Origin: Selaginella moellendorffii
Lineage: Eukaryota; Plantae; Lycopodiophyta
Length of the DNA stretch: 64,000 nucleotides
Reading direction: 5' to 3'
Assembly: GCF_000143415.4 (NCBI RefSeq)
Contig: NW_003314312.1
Location: 983,510 to 1,047,509 of the forward strand
Part shown: positions 23,556 through 37,232 of the stretch, in pieces
How positions within the stretch are numbered: position 1 is the first letter of the stretch
How the letters are laid out: each line of letters starts with the position of its first letter
Position numbers and translations under genes: made by a program
The notes under the pieces: generated by a model
What the model was told of the DNA's origin: nothing
Seen by the model: only the letters and a program-made list of their open reading frames with translations
Databases searched by the model: none

Positions 23556-24645
23556 ATGACTGAGCAGAAAAGCAAATTACTATGCCAAGAGCTTGAAACA
23601 GCTATCCGCTCTTGTCACACCCTCCCTCAAGCCCATCAAATTCATGCGAAACTATCCTTAATAGACTTGAATGACACTTCCTCATTGGTCTTTCTTTCCA
23701 ATATTTCCATCCAGATGTTTGGACGATGCGGCAGCATCAGTCATGCTTACCAAATCTTTTGCAGAATTGTCACCAAAGACTGCTTCTCCTGGGTGATGAT
23801 GTTGCAAGCATTTGCCACAAATGGTCATCTCCATGAAGCGGAACATCTCTTTTTCAAAATCCCACAAACCAACCTTGTTGTTTGGAACGCAATGATAGCT
23901 GCTTACATCACAAACAACGCTCTTCTCAAGGCACAGTCACTTTAGGAATCAATGCCAGAATGGAATCTCATTTCTTCTACCACAATTCTTACTGCACTTG
24001 CTTGTTCTGGGAAGGGAAGGTAGTTTTATGTTCGATGGAGGAACACGATCTCATCGCCTGGAACGCAATGCTTGCTGCCTATACACACAGTGACAATATG
24101 GACGAACTCACTGTTATCCCCCAACAGATGCCAGAACTCGATATTGTCTCGTGGAACACAATTCTGTCAGCATACGCACGATCTGGGGATTCTCACACCA
24201 CAGAACAAATCTTCCATCGCATGATTGAAGCTGATCTTGTCTCCAGCACCACAATGCTTAAATTTTATGCAGAGAGCCGCGAGACAGATCAAGCCCAACA
24301 AGTCTCTGATGGATTGCCACATTGCAATGACATCTCCTGGACAGTGATGATCAAAGCATATAGGGCTGCAAGGACCTTAACCCATGCTTTGATCTCTTTA
24401 ACAAAGCCAGCAGCAGTGATGTGGGAAGCTATGCTATGCGTATATACCAAGGCCCGGATGGCTAAACAAATTTTTATTCCATGCCCGCTACAACCCTTGT
24501 GCCAGCATATGTTCAATAAGACCATCACTTGAAGCGTCATGATCCACGGGTAAGCATCACTCGCGCGACCTTCATGGCATGGCGCCTATGCGAGCAAGGG
24601 TCTTGGACGAGGCAAAAGGCTTCTTCGATTCCGAGCACGGTGATG
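23556..24645 (+). pseudogene. SS-type PPR pseudogene, copy 2
   Basis: Duplicate of 13756-14830. Retains QMFGRCGSISHAYQIF. Contains frameshifts and a 27-bp inversion. Confidence 0.8.
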
Positions 24646-24978
24646 GCGGCCGAGTAATTTCGCATTTGTTGAAAATACAGGGGCATTGTGAGAATCGGGC
24701 TCGCGACCTCTCGCACCCAAAACGAGAATCATACCCATTAAGGACTAACGCCCTTTAAATATTTCAGTCATCGCTCCAGGCACGGCCCAGGACAAAATCA
24801 ATAGACTGAAATCTGTGGATGTCACGGTTATAGAATCGCCAGCCAATATTGGTGAAGCAATGGACCAGGAATTTAAGAAGCGAAACCAATGTCGATCGGG
24901 AGGAATAACACGATACTTCTAATTGTTCTCCATTTTGATGTACTCTAAAGCTTTTAATCACAGGAGTGATTCTTACAG

Positions 24979-25668
24979 TCAATGGTGGACGCTCTCTACA
25001 CGGATTGGAGAGAAGTAACTGTTGCTCTTGTTCCCAGAGACATGGGAGAGGATCTCTTGAATCATGTTGTTTGTCTTGTTTGTGCAATCCTTGGCATGGA
25101 TTTCCTTGGACATGTCCCGGCTCATGCTTGCGCTCCTCCCATCAAACATATACTTGAACAGCGTGCACAAGCTTCCACCTTCCTTAATCTGGACTCCATA
25201 CCAGATCTTGTCTCCAGCACATCTAGTCGAGTGGCACAAGTCCTCGAGTCGCCTCATCATGTGGCATCTCGTCCCGCCAATCACCACCAAGAGCTGGGAG
25301 TTCCTCGAGGCACAATCATCACGGTCTCTACTGCAGAGCTCTTGGGTGAGGAGGCTGTGAAGCTCTTGAGCTCTAGCACAGTGGAGGAAGTCCGGTGCCA
25401 GTAGCTTGGATGCCGATCGCGGCCAAAAGTCATGAAAATCCCTGTGGGAAGTGATAACTAACCCATCAATCTTGTATACTACCTTGCTGCTCGGATTTTT
25501 CTTGGGGACCATGGGAGGCTCCTCCTGGAGCTCACGCCTTCTCTTTGGAGCACTAATCTTGGTATCAACTTGTCCTTCCTTGTTTCGCTGCCTCTTCTTT
25601 CCCTTCTTGATTGCATCCATCGCCGCCACAGCGCTAGCCTTCTTGTCCACGCTCTCGATCACTGCCAT
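24979..25668 (-). CDS. Uncharacterised 229-aa ORF, copy 2
   Basis: Protein identical to 15164-15853. Confidence 0.5.
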   Translation of the reverse strand: MAVIESVDKKASAVAAMDAIKKGKKRQRNKEGQVDTKISAPKRRRELQEEPPMVPKKNPSSKVVYKIDGLVITSHRDFHDFWPRSASKLLAPDFLHCARAQELHSLLTQELCSRDRDDCASRNSQLLVVIGGTRCHMMRRLEDLCHSTRCAGDKIWYGVQIKEGGSLCTLFKYMFDGRSASMSRDMSKEIHAKDCTNKTNNMIQEILSHVSGNKSNSYFSPIRVESVHH

Positions 25669-25804
25669 TAAACCCTGATTGTGTGAATCCTAAAGGGCCC
25701 TTTTATATGGTAACAAAAAATGCAATCAAATCAAAATCTAGTACGGACCGCGAATATTTTATTGATCGTTTATAAGACATGCTCCGTTTAATATAAAGAA
25801 TCAA

Positions 25805-27517
25805 ATGAGTCCTAGTTCTTCCACTTCCCGACCTCGATCTTTCCGTTCCAAGCTTGACCGCGCCCACTCCAGCGATTGCGAGGTGAGGAGATTCCTTGCG
25901 TCGCTCAAGGAATGCTCGCGATCCCGGGATCTGGATTGGGGTAAGCAAATCCACGCCGAGGCGGAGTGCTGCGGCCTCGATTCCAATGCGTTCGTGGCGA
26001 GCAGCCTGGTGAATCTCTATGGCAAGTGCGGCTGCATGGACGAGGCGCGCAGGGCTTTCGACCGGATGAACTGCCCCGACCTCGTCGCGTGGAATTCTCT
26101 CATTCTGGGCTATGCCGTGAATGGGCATGGCGGGGTTGCGCTCCAGCTCTTCCTGGACATGGAATCGCGGGGCTTGAAAGGGAATTCTGTCACGTTTATT
26201 GGATTGCTCAAGGCCTGCGCGAGCCTCGCAGAGAAGGAGAATGGGATGGTTTTAGAAGATCTAGAGCTCGTCGTGAAGTTTTCTTCTCTTGAGAGAGGAA
26301 TGGCTCTTCACTCCCTTGCCACTGCAAGGGGAATCGACACAAACGCTTTGGTAGCTAGCAGCCTGGTGGAAATGTATGCTCGGTGTGGAAGCGTGGTGGA
26401 TGCGTGGAAGGTTTTTCATGGAGCTCCAAAGCGTGACGTAGTTCTATGGACTTCTTTGATGCAGGGTTTTGTAGAGAATGGGCAGAGCGAGGTGGTGCTT
26501 GAGCTCTTCGTGGAAATGCAACGAGACAGCAGTGGAGCAAATGCCAGAACCTTTGTTGCGGTGTTCCAGGCCATCACTTCTTTAGCAAAGAGGGAACGAG
26601 GAGAAGAAACTATCCATGGAAGGATACTCAAGCTGAAGTCTCTGGAAAGAGGTATGGCTTTTCACGCGCAAGCCTTGCGAATTACTAACCATCGCTTGGA
26701 TATCTTTCTTCACAGCTGCTTGATCCAAATGTACGCGGCTTGTGGCAGCATGGGCGATGCTCTTGGAGTATTTAGCACCATTTTCCAGCCAAATCAAGTC
26801 TGCTGGACGGCATTGATGCTCGGGTACGTTGAAAACAGCCAGGCCGAAACAGCACTACATTTTTTCTTGCTAATGCAGCTCGAGGGATGTTCTCCAGACG
26901 TGTGGACGCTCGTTTGCGTGCTCAAAGCTTGTGGAAGCTCAGTAGCCTTGAGGCTTGGCCGGATACTTCACGAAGAGATCACGAGCTTGGGGTTCCAGTT
27001 CCAGGGAGCCGTGATCTCTTCGTTGGTAGATTTCTACAGCAGATGTGGGAGCATGGACGAAGCGGAGCTGGTTTTCAACTCGGTCTCGAGGAAGGATGCT
27101 GTGAGTTGGAGCTCACTTATCGCGGGCTACAGCCGCCAGGGAGACAACGATTGAGTGATCCAGCTCTTTGAGAAGATGTGTGACGAGGGTGTCAAGCCGG
27201 ACGGTGTAACTTATGTCTCGGTGCTCGCGACTTGCAGCCGGGCTGGGATGATCGAGCAAGGCAAGAAATTTTTCCAGGAGATGACGTCTAGGTGTGGATT
27301 AGATCCGGGCATTGAGCACTACCACTGCATGATCGACATGCTGGGACGAGCAAAGCAGATCGAAGAAGCTCTGGAGATGGTGGAAGCTATGCCGTTCGAA
27401 GCCACAATGGTCACTTGGACGAGTTTGCTGGCTGCTTGCTCGAAGTGGAAGAATGGGAGAGTGGAGAAGATTGCTTGTGACAACATCGTCTCTCTCCTGC
27501 AGAAGATTTCTCCATAG
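25805..27517 (+). pseudogene. PLS PPR copy 2 with a premature stop (CGA>TGA at 27152-27154)
   Basis: Protein otherwise identical to 15990-17702. Confidence 0.9.
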
Positions 27518-27800
27518 CTCATTACACGGGCTTTTTAAAAGAGATCACGTCGATCTCAATGATAGCTTATGGTCAGTGTGATTCGATTGATTCCTTTCTT
27601 ACTTTGGTGTCATCATCAAGATGAATGGCAATTGCCTCTACAAAGGAAGACAATTCCAAAAGTTGCGGGCAGACGGATGATCCTGACCTCTTGCATTACA
27701 AAAAATAGAAAATCTGTACCCAAGTGTGCATTATATCTTTAGAAATATTTTTCTTGACAAATTTTATAAAATTAAAACTATTTGATTTTCCTCTTCAAGC

Positions 27801-29009
27801 GGTGAGTGTTTGGAATATGAAAAGGGAATATAGAAAATGCACATATCAATTAGCCCAAAAACCCTAGTTTATACATAGAAGCGAGTAGTCTAGATTAAAA
27901 TTAATTTGACAGCTACTAAAATCCCACTACGCTAATATTAGTATATAACATCGTAACTGTATACTTGGCCCTCACATCATCCCCTCCTCTTGGAATAATG
28001 GAAGGCCGTCAAAGTTCTTTTGTAAACAGGCCAGGATTTGGAGGAACATTAGGAGGAGGCATCGGTGGATCTATAGATGATATTAATTGCTCCTGATCCC
28101 TTTGTATGAAGCGTTTTAACCGCTGCACATGCACAATCTCCAGAGGATTGGCCTGTTGGACATCATGTCAAACCTCATAAACTTGTGGTTCAACTTGCCG
28201 CAACATCTGATACGGTACTTTTCACTGTGCAAGGAGCCCTTTAAATAAACCATATACTGTAAAATGGGGAAAATGAACTAACACCAAATCATCCACGTTG
28301 TACTCCGCAGGTGGACGATGATGGGAGTTGTATTGCCGTTGTTATCCCACTTGTATGCGGCCTAAGTGTTCGGCAGACTCCACTTGGACAAGTGGAAGAA
28401 TACTCGTCAAATACTGATCTTATGACCTAGCATCCGCAACTTGTGGCAATTGCAAAAGTAAACCCAGCTCCTTTGGTAATATTGGATCATAACCATATAG
28501 GAGTTTATATGGTAAAGCACTAACGGAACTCTGCACTTCTGTGACATATGCATACCGAAGAGACGGCAAATAATCCGAATGCTGAAAGTTCACATACTTT
28601 GCAATCATCCCCTTGAATGTCCGAACAAGCCATTCCACCAGATCGTCTGATTGTGGATGATAAACACTTGTGAAAGTGTGGTGTATCCCCAACCGAGACA
28701 TCAAAATATGAAATGCCTCAGCCATAAATGCGGGACGATTATCCGAAAGAATTTGCTCTGGACAATAATGCTAAAACACCACTCAATTGAGAAGGAAGTA
28801 TCCAATAGCAGTTGTAGAGGCGCTAGCAAGAGCCCCAACTTCCACCCAACGAGTCAAATAGTTAGAAGCAATAATAATATACTCATTGGCAGCAGTTGAC
28901 TGTGGAAAAGATCCCATAAAATCAAACGCCACCAACTCAAATGGACGGGAAATTGCATTTGACTCCAACCGTCTTTTCGCAACCCGAGGGGGAGTATTAC
29001 GAGCTTAGC
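27801..29009 (-). mobile_element. Truncated copy of the short-LTR gypsy (3' LTR 27801-27976 plus integrase)
   Basis: Same insertion site and same GGTGAG terminus as 18385. Homology breaks at ~29009. Confidence 0.9.
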
Positions 29010-32000
29010 TGGAAACCTCCCCTAACACATGCACGCCCAGGAGCAGCTCCACTCACGACTGAAAGCCAAGTTCAAACGGCTACTAGTTTATTTCTATTCT
29101 AGGCATATGTTGGCGGTTAGAACCGCCAACAGGATAGTGGTTTTGAGAGACCCCAGCGCAGCTAGGGTTCCCCATCTCCTTTCCCACTCCATTGTACTTC
29201 AATACTCCTGAATCGCACCCCCTATTTGCATTATCTTTGTCTTGAGTCTCTCTCCCAGCCGATCCACCACTTCTTTCACCCCTCCTCAGCTGACGACCTC
29301 CGGAGATCAGGTGCCAGCTCTCAGATCGAGTTCTTGTGGTAGCAGTATTCTCATCCGCTTCACATTTTCCATTAAACATTTTGGCGACCACGGTGGGATG
29401 GATCGCTGAGAGAGATTCAAGAGCTTCAAGAACCACTCTTTCTCTCCACATTGAGTATGCCACCACCAACATGGGTACCCGGAACACGCCTCGCTGCAGT
29501 GACCACTAGAGGAAGAAAGCTACACCAGCAAATTTTTGAAGAAATTAAAGATCTTTCAATGAGACCTCCTAGCGCTCTATCCGAATGAGGAGAAGAAGAC
29601 CTTTGCAATCAACCCCAACATCAGCACCGAACTCTTCACCAGCCAGCACCGAGGAACCGACAGCAAGCCCGAGCAACTCCTCCGAGATCTTCTCCGACCA
29701 GCAATATGAGAGCCCAACTCCGAATTCGAGCAGAAGAACACCGGCTGCAAGCCAGAGAACTCGCCGGCAGAGCCTCCGAACTCTTCTCCGACAACAACTC
29801 TGCTTTACCGACCAGACAGAAGAACAGCAAGAATTCCGGCAACAGATCTTCCCGACCAATGCTTCTTCCACACATCAGCCGCACGTTCTCCTACGACAAG
29901 CCTCCGACACTCTATCCCAGCATTGGCCAAGTCACCAAAGGAAAGCTCCCGAACGCACCGAAAATCTTCCGACAGACTCTCCGACTGAGTGCCCAAACCA
30001 GCACCGAGGACATCATCCGATGATGACACGACGCTAATCTCCACACTGCCAAGACTCTGTTCGACCACGCCATCAAGTACGCCGGCCTAGAGACCATTGA
30101 CGACGAAATTGGGTCTGATCACCCCAACTAGTCCGACTATCCGAAACTCTTCGTCGAGCTTCATCTCGGCACCGGCACCTGGAAGACCAGCCTGCACTCA
30201 GCACCTCGTCTCGACAAATCGATTGGAGACTCCACCGACAAGCCCAAGCCAAAGAAAGAAACGAAGAAGAAACTCCTGGAGTACGACTGCTACCCACTTC
30301 TGGATGAGTTTTCCTCTGAGCGCCCGAACACCAGCCCGGACGACATCCCGACAACTTCTTCGACTGACCTGCATGACAGCTCTCCAATCACTACTACACC
30401 GAATCAGTCAACTCCCCGATGAGCTCCAAGAAATCATCCGGCAGAAGATTCGCGACCTTCTTCCGGCAACACACTTTGTTCAATTGACTGACAACATCCT
30501 CCTACTAGCGACCACTTTTTGGATCAGCACCGAGTTCGTCTGTCAGCAAAAGCTTGACAACCGACACCTCGACCAGCCAACAACGATCCTGCCCAACAAG
30601 AGTGGACCGACTACAAGAAGTTCTACAGCATAGTAACCCTTAGAAGATTATACAATAACTACTACCGAAGACTAGCTTCGAAGCTGCAGGCCTGAAGATA
30701 TTTCTGGAGCCTTGAGATTATCGTCGACACCGATTCGACATTCAGCCAGATACCCAACAACATCACCGACAACCAATTTGAGAGTTTGATGAAGACCTTC
30801 ATCCCCGAGATACCAACATCCAAGATAGTTTTAGTGTACAAGAACCCACGGCCGAAGAGAGCCACATGAACAAGCCAAGGAAAGCAGCCAGCAAACAACA
30901 AGAAGACATCGAAAGACTTCAACGACACCTCCATCGAGAGTTGAAGAGACTAGAAAAAGAGAGAAAAGAAAAAGCCACCCAGTGGTCCCACTTTGTACAA
31001 GTTTCTGAAAGAGAAAGGTACATTACTGATGAATTGTTTCCCAAAATTGCAGCCGGTGCAGACGCCGGAAGGATTTTAGAAGGCTACCAGAATTTTAGGA
31101 CACCGCCTACTTCTCCGACTGCAGCACCGGAGAATCCGCAAGAGACCCAGCCGGAAGTTCAGCACACTCCCCAGCACAGCTTCCACAACCCACTCTTCCG
31201 AGGACAGACCGACCCAAGAACTTATTTCTCCTGGACTGTACCGACAGCTTCACCAGCAGTCCTTGGCACACTGTTTTCGACACCAGTATCAGCTTCTACC
31301 TCGACCATGCCGTTCGCCTTCGCACCGGACTTCTACAACTTCCAGCAACAACCAGACTCCCCGAAGCTCAACTCAGTCGAATACGGCCTCCAACCGATAT
31401 ACATTGTCGACCCAGACGATCGACCAGCACATCACTAGCAATACGAGTTCGGCCAATCCTCCGAATACACACTTGACCAACTTTTTGACCAGGCGTTCAG
31501 CAGACCCCACCAACAACCAGAACCAGACATCGATCTTCAGCAACCGGACTTACAGAACACTCCACCAACTGCTCTGTCAAACATCCTGCCAAACGCTCCA
31601 CCGAACACTCTGCCACACAGTCTACCAGACATTCGCCCCGACATCGTCACCATGACAATGGTACTCCCCAACACAGTCATCAGCAAGCTTGTCACCTACC
31701 CACAATTCAAAGGGAAGAAGACCGAAGACCCAGAAAAGCATGTCATTCGCTTTAAGGAGGCCGTTTGAGTCAACGGCCAGCAAGACAACCTCGCATTCCT
31801 CTTCGGCTGCACCCTCAAAGGACGTGCCAGAGAATGGCTCCAGACGACCGACTCGAAACTCACCTTCAACGAGCTCACCAAAGCCTTCATCGACTACTTC
31901 AAGTCAGCACTCAGCCAGTTAGAGAAGCTTCAGAAGATACAGAACATCAAGATGCGTACTAGCGAAACTCTCAAAGAATACACCGAACGCTTCACCAAAC

Positions 32001-32870
32001 ATGCCAACCGCTGCAAGAGCTCTTCTACTGAAATACTTTTATACCAGTGGTACATGCAGGGACTAGCTTCACAGTTGAAGAAAGCCGCCACCAAAATCGA
32101 CACCAGCGATTACAAGACTCTTTCCAAAGATTTGAAAGAAGTTCAAATCCGCCGACAAACTGCCCGAGTTGATGAACCGGAAGACTTCGACTCTGAGGAA
32201 GATGAGGATGACCTCCTTGACAGCATCACCAGCAAGTCCAAGGACAAAGTCGGCATCCAAAAGATCCAGAAGCTCCTCACTAAATTCACTGCATTTGGCG
32301 ACAAATCCGACGTCTGAACCGGCATCTAGTGCACAAAATGCAAGAATGAAGGACACTCAGCCACCGACTGCAAACTCCAGCTCGTCAAGTGCCAAATCTG
32401 CGGGAAAGACAACCATGACGCCAAGACATGCAGATTCCGCAGCCAACCTGAAGTCCGACAAATCTCCAACTTCCCTTGGAGACCTCCCTGACAGTCTGAG
32501 TATTCGACCCAATATCCGGCTGCACCTCCGAACAACTGGCAACTGCCCCAGAACAACTACCTGCCGCGACAATGGAACACACCACCGAGATTCAACAACA
32601 ACTACAACAACCGACCCTACTTCAATGACCGATACTGACAACCCGACAACCGGCCATACCAACAATACCAACAAAACCAGATGGACTACAACAATAGCCA
32701 AGCCTATCCACGCTACCAGAATCAAGGGTATCAACGCTACAACAGATCTTAAGGCTATCAAGACCAGAGATATCAAGGCAACTACAACAGCCGCCCATGG
32801 AAACCCCAAATCCAAGACCAGCCCGGCCCTCCGAGACTCGGACCGCCGCCGCCCAGACACATTTACAATT
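29010..32870 (+). mobile_element. 5' part of a second Ty3/gypsy family: LTR remnant, tRNA-Arg PBS, extra ORF, gag with two zinc knuckles
   Basis: ...TTAAACA (29378), then TGGCGACCACGGTGGGA (29382-29398). Gag YPQFKGKKTEDPEKHVIRF...TLKGRAREW..ETLKEYTERF, CTKCKNEGHSATDC and CQICGKDNHDAKTC. A/C-rich like 6761-8454. Confidence 0.88.
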
Positions 32871-33849
32871 TCATAATACCTGCTAAAATTTATTTTACTA
32901 AGTTTAAAATTTGTACAAATGTTATTGTTAGTCACTTTTTAACTTAACATTAATTTATTTTTACTATCAGTAATATTAGTATTAAATAAATGACATGGAC
33001 AATAGTTGTATAAAAATGCATAAATAAAATATATTTTAAAATAATGTTATAAAAAGTGGATAAAAATTGTAAAAACTAATACTGATACTTTTATACCTTA
33101 TAAGAACATCATAATTTTGGTGACATTCAAATTTTTTATGAAGTTAAGAGGAAGAAAAAATAATGGCCTATTATAGTAATGTGTATTTACATACCAAATA
33201 ATAAATAATAATAAAAAATCAGTTAATTAATAAATATTTTTAAAATATAGAATTATTTAATGGGAGTAAAAGTTTTATAAATATATTTTTAGTTAAAATA
33301 AAAAATTTTATTTTAAGAAAACTACTAAAACTACCAAAAGATTTTATTTTTCACCTAGATTTTATTATATAGTAAAACTGTTTAATTAACATTGTTTCAT
33401 TATAAAATATTTTTGTACAGATATACATATATAAAGATGAGATGAGACCATTTATTGCCAAAGGTATTTTTTTAAAAAATTTTATAGCATTGATTGGATA
33501 AATTCCCCTTCCCATGATCATATAATTATAATGATCCTTATTAATTTTAATGGTTCAAATCATCTTCTGAATGCCCATTGTAAGAACACCATCATACTAA
33601 GTTTAAGTGAAGTATAACATTGAAAATTTTGTGAGCTCTTCCATTTTGGGCATAAGCAAAAATCATCTAATGTTAATTTTGTTAAAGAGAATTTCCACAT
33701 CATTAAACTATTTTATACTTTCTAAAAGAATGAAGAAAGAAAAACATGGAATTTACCAAGTTACATATTGCTAGCAAATTGAGATAAATCTCGTCAAAAG
33801 CGGGCAAAATAACAGCATAGAGCAGTATGAATTATTTCTGCTGCCAAAG

Positions 33850-34150
33850 ACGTAAATTTAACACTAGTAATGTATTAGATTTTTATGAAATGATGGTTTG
33901 CGTTTTGTGCTTTCATACCAAAGTGAAATAGTAAAATAATAAATTCTAAAATAGTGAAATAAACAAAGTAATTATTAGTAAGCATCAAAAAATAAAATGA
34001 TGGTTTGTATTTTATGTATCATTAACACTTTTAAACCAGAATGAAATAGTAAAATAGTGAAATAAACAAAGTTATTATTAGTAAGCATCAAAAAATAAAA
34101 CATGAGTTTAACGCCAGTAATGTATTAAATTTTTGTGAAATAAAAATTTG
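33850..34150. repeat. Degenerate AT-rich tandem duplication
   Basis: AAATAGTGAAATAAACAAAGT...TAGTAAGCATCAAAAAATAAAA occurs twice, as does TTTAAC.C.AGTAATGTATTA. Confidence 0.7.
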
Positions 34151-34842
34151 TGTTCTCATGATACATAGAAATAAAACAATACATAATGATATAAAATTAA
34201 TTGGGTTTGAAATTTAACTAGAAAATATAATATCTTAACTGGAAATGATATTATCATCAACTTGAGTATTTAAAAATCTATTTAAATTTTGTTCTATAAT
34301 CCTTTTTAAATTTAAATTCATAGTGGACTTACTAATAAAAAATATTAAATCTAGTATATTAAAATATTTACTATTATATAATTATAATTATTATAAGTTG
34401 GTTTTTGTGTTTTATGATAATTAAATAATAAAACTTAATTTTTATTTATATTCTATATTTTAAAACAAATATCATATCAAAAATTAAATAATTTAATATT
34501 AATATTTTTAAACTATCGCTAATGAATTTAATTGAGTTGAAAGAAATATAATTAGAAAATAGGCAAAAAATATTAATCTCAAAAGCCTATAAAAAACTTC
34601 ATACTAACAAAACTATCATGGATTCATGTAAAAATATGCATTTAATAATTTAGATGAAATTGATTTTTACATGTAAATTTAGAATTGTACATTTTATGTT
34701 TTTGAGAGAAAACTAAAAATAATTTTGGTGATAGAAATTAGAAAATGTAATATATTCATCCTAAATATTTTAAGAAAAAAATATTTTATATCATGAAATC
34801 AATTAATATTTTAGGAAAAAACCATTAGATATAATTTTTAAA

Positions 34843-34875
<33 letters not shown>

Positions 34876-36059
34876 CTCTATGAAAATGTGTTATTGTTGG
34901 TTGAGTTGTAGACTGAAAAATAATGAATCATAATTTTTATTATACTAATAGTTATAATGTTTTAAAGTTTAATAATTTATAATTTAATTTGATTCAGAAA
35001 TAAATTTATATTTTTTATTAACTTAAACATATCTATTTATTTCTTTTCTATTTTAATATTGAATTTTGTTTTCACTTTTGTTTTCTTTCAATAAATTTAC
35101 AAAACTCCAAATTCACTTAGATGGTTACAAAGAATGATAGTTTATTAAATTAGTAGGATGTTAAGTTAAAGATTGTAATATTTCATGATAGAAAGAATGT
35201 TTATTGTAGATACTATTATTATTACATGGTTTCAAATGTTTTAAGCTGCACAAAATTTAAACAAAGGACCTTAAAGAGAAAACCAAATGTGGGAAAAAAA
35301 AAAGCTGCTAAAGGCTAGTATATAGAAAAATTGAATTCACTTTTAAAAATGGATATTTGTGGGTGGAGCAATTGTTTTAGTTATCATTTACACAGACCAC
35401 ATTTCTGTTGAGACTACTTGCAATGTTTTTATTTTTTGCCACCTCTTGGGATGTTTTGAGTAACCATAGCTATGATCAATTAATGCAGCAATTTGACTAT
35501 TATTGTGGCTTTTGTTAGGATTTTAGCTTCTTAAACTTTTGCATCATATACAAATTGGTATTGTTACCTGGTTATGTGGTTCCAACATATATCACACCCA
35601 AAGCAACAAGGAGTGGAGCTTAGCATCTTCATGGAGCACAACCTCCAAATAAAATCTTTTGGATTTTGGATTTCAATTTGATTTAGATCTAGTATTTTGA
35701 TATTTTTGTTATTATGTTGAATGACATTAATTATGCACACTGCCATCAATAAATTGCAACAATTATCCCAAGGCTAGAAATCTACATTTGCCTATGCATT
35801 TGAATTCTAGATGGCTGCCATTGATATTTCATGGGATAATGCACAACACCAATAGTTCCTTAGTTCCAAGCCAAAGATTAGTATGCAACTATAGTTTAAG
35901 GGCATGTAGTCTAGGTTGCATAATTTTCACAACCAATTTAAACTCAGAATCACTATACACTCTAGCCAGTATTTAGGCCGAAATACGATAGAAATAAGGG
36001 ATAGGGATCAAGTGTTAACTCTCCTCTTTAACTACTCTTACATGGTGGTAATTGCCACT

Positions 36060-36940
36060 TCTTAAATCCTGACTGTCAAGATTGTAACCTTGAGTGTGAA
36101 AGTTGTGATCCTGGCTATCAAGAAAATGCTCAAATGCATAATTAATCAATTATACTCTATAAGAACTTATGCTTGAAGCTAGCTATGTCATCTTTATCCT
36201 ATTGAACAACCTCAACTTTATATATGAGGTTGTGATGTGTGTAGTAGAAGTTTGTTTCAAGTGATTCTTTTCCAGGTGCATTATGAATCTTATTGGTGTC
36301 AATATTATGGGTGTCCAAGGAAAGCATGAAAAGGTGAGTACGTATTTTATATTTTTATTTAATTTCTAAACTTTTTTATTTTCTAGATTGGACCTATCAT
36401 GCCTTTTGCAGAAACATATATGACAGGTTTCATGATAAAAAGTGTGCAACATGTGTTTTGCCTACGTATGACAATTCCACTTATATCATACCCAACCTTG
36501 TGAATGAGTAGATTCACAATATGTTTCCAAGGTACTGATTTCAAACTCCATTGACGATGCAAGTCTTACTTGAGCTTTATTCCCACCAAATGGTGTTATG
36601 ATTAATTATACAATAGGTAAAAATTCTATGGTGGAGGTAGCACATGACTTTGGCAGATTAGTGTTTGCTATTGAAGAACATCATTTCTTCAAATATCGGA
36701 TTAGAGGATTTTGTGAGTTGCCTCCAACTTTAGGGAGGTAAATTATGTTTATTAAGATTTTAATACATATTTAGTTCTGTTTTATAGATTACAGTCACTT
36801 AGAGTTTCTAGAATTGGAGGCTTTGGAAGTCTCTTCGACTATATAGAAGCTATGGTTCAACAAATGCAAAGTGAATCTTCCCCACAATACCAATATAAAA
36901 AGAGGCATAAAAAGAATTAATGTGTTGATAATGAGGTAAA
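36060..36940 (+). pseudogene. Intron-containing C4HC3 (PHD/RINGv-like) zinc-finger pseudogene
   Basis: CDVCSRSLF...CQYYGC..|DWTYHAFC...KKCATC across a GTGAGT..TTCTAG intron (~36334-36387). Second intron GTAAAT..TTATAG. Many stops. Inverted copy at ~43940-44820. Confidence 0.5.
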
Positions 36941-37165
36941 AGAAAGTTAATTGCATCCTTACATGAAATGAAAAGCTTGTTATATGTTAAATGTCTATAA
37001 AAGTGTTAGTGTTAGATATCATAATTGCAAATTATCATTCTCACCTATCAGTATCACTTTATACCACTTGTGTGTTGGCATTTCTTCCTTTAACATCTTA
37101 TAAACAATTGTATGTATAATAGTATCATCTAGAACAAGGTATATTACCTATAGCTAATATCATTT

Positions 37166-37167
<2 letters not shown>

Positions 37168-37221
<54 letters not shown>

Positions 37222-37232
37222 ATATATATATA
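37168..37232. repeat. (AT)n microsatellite
   Basis: Direct read. Confidence 0.95.

Noticed and set aside
27152-27154. PPR stop codon repaired by RNA editing
   Set aside because: Plant editing acts on organellar transcripts. CGA to TGA is simply explained by CpG deamination.
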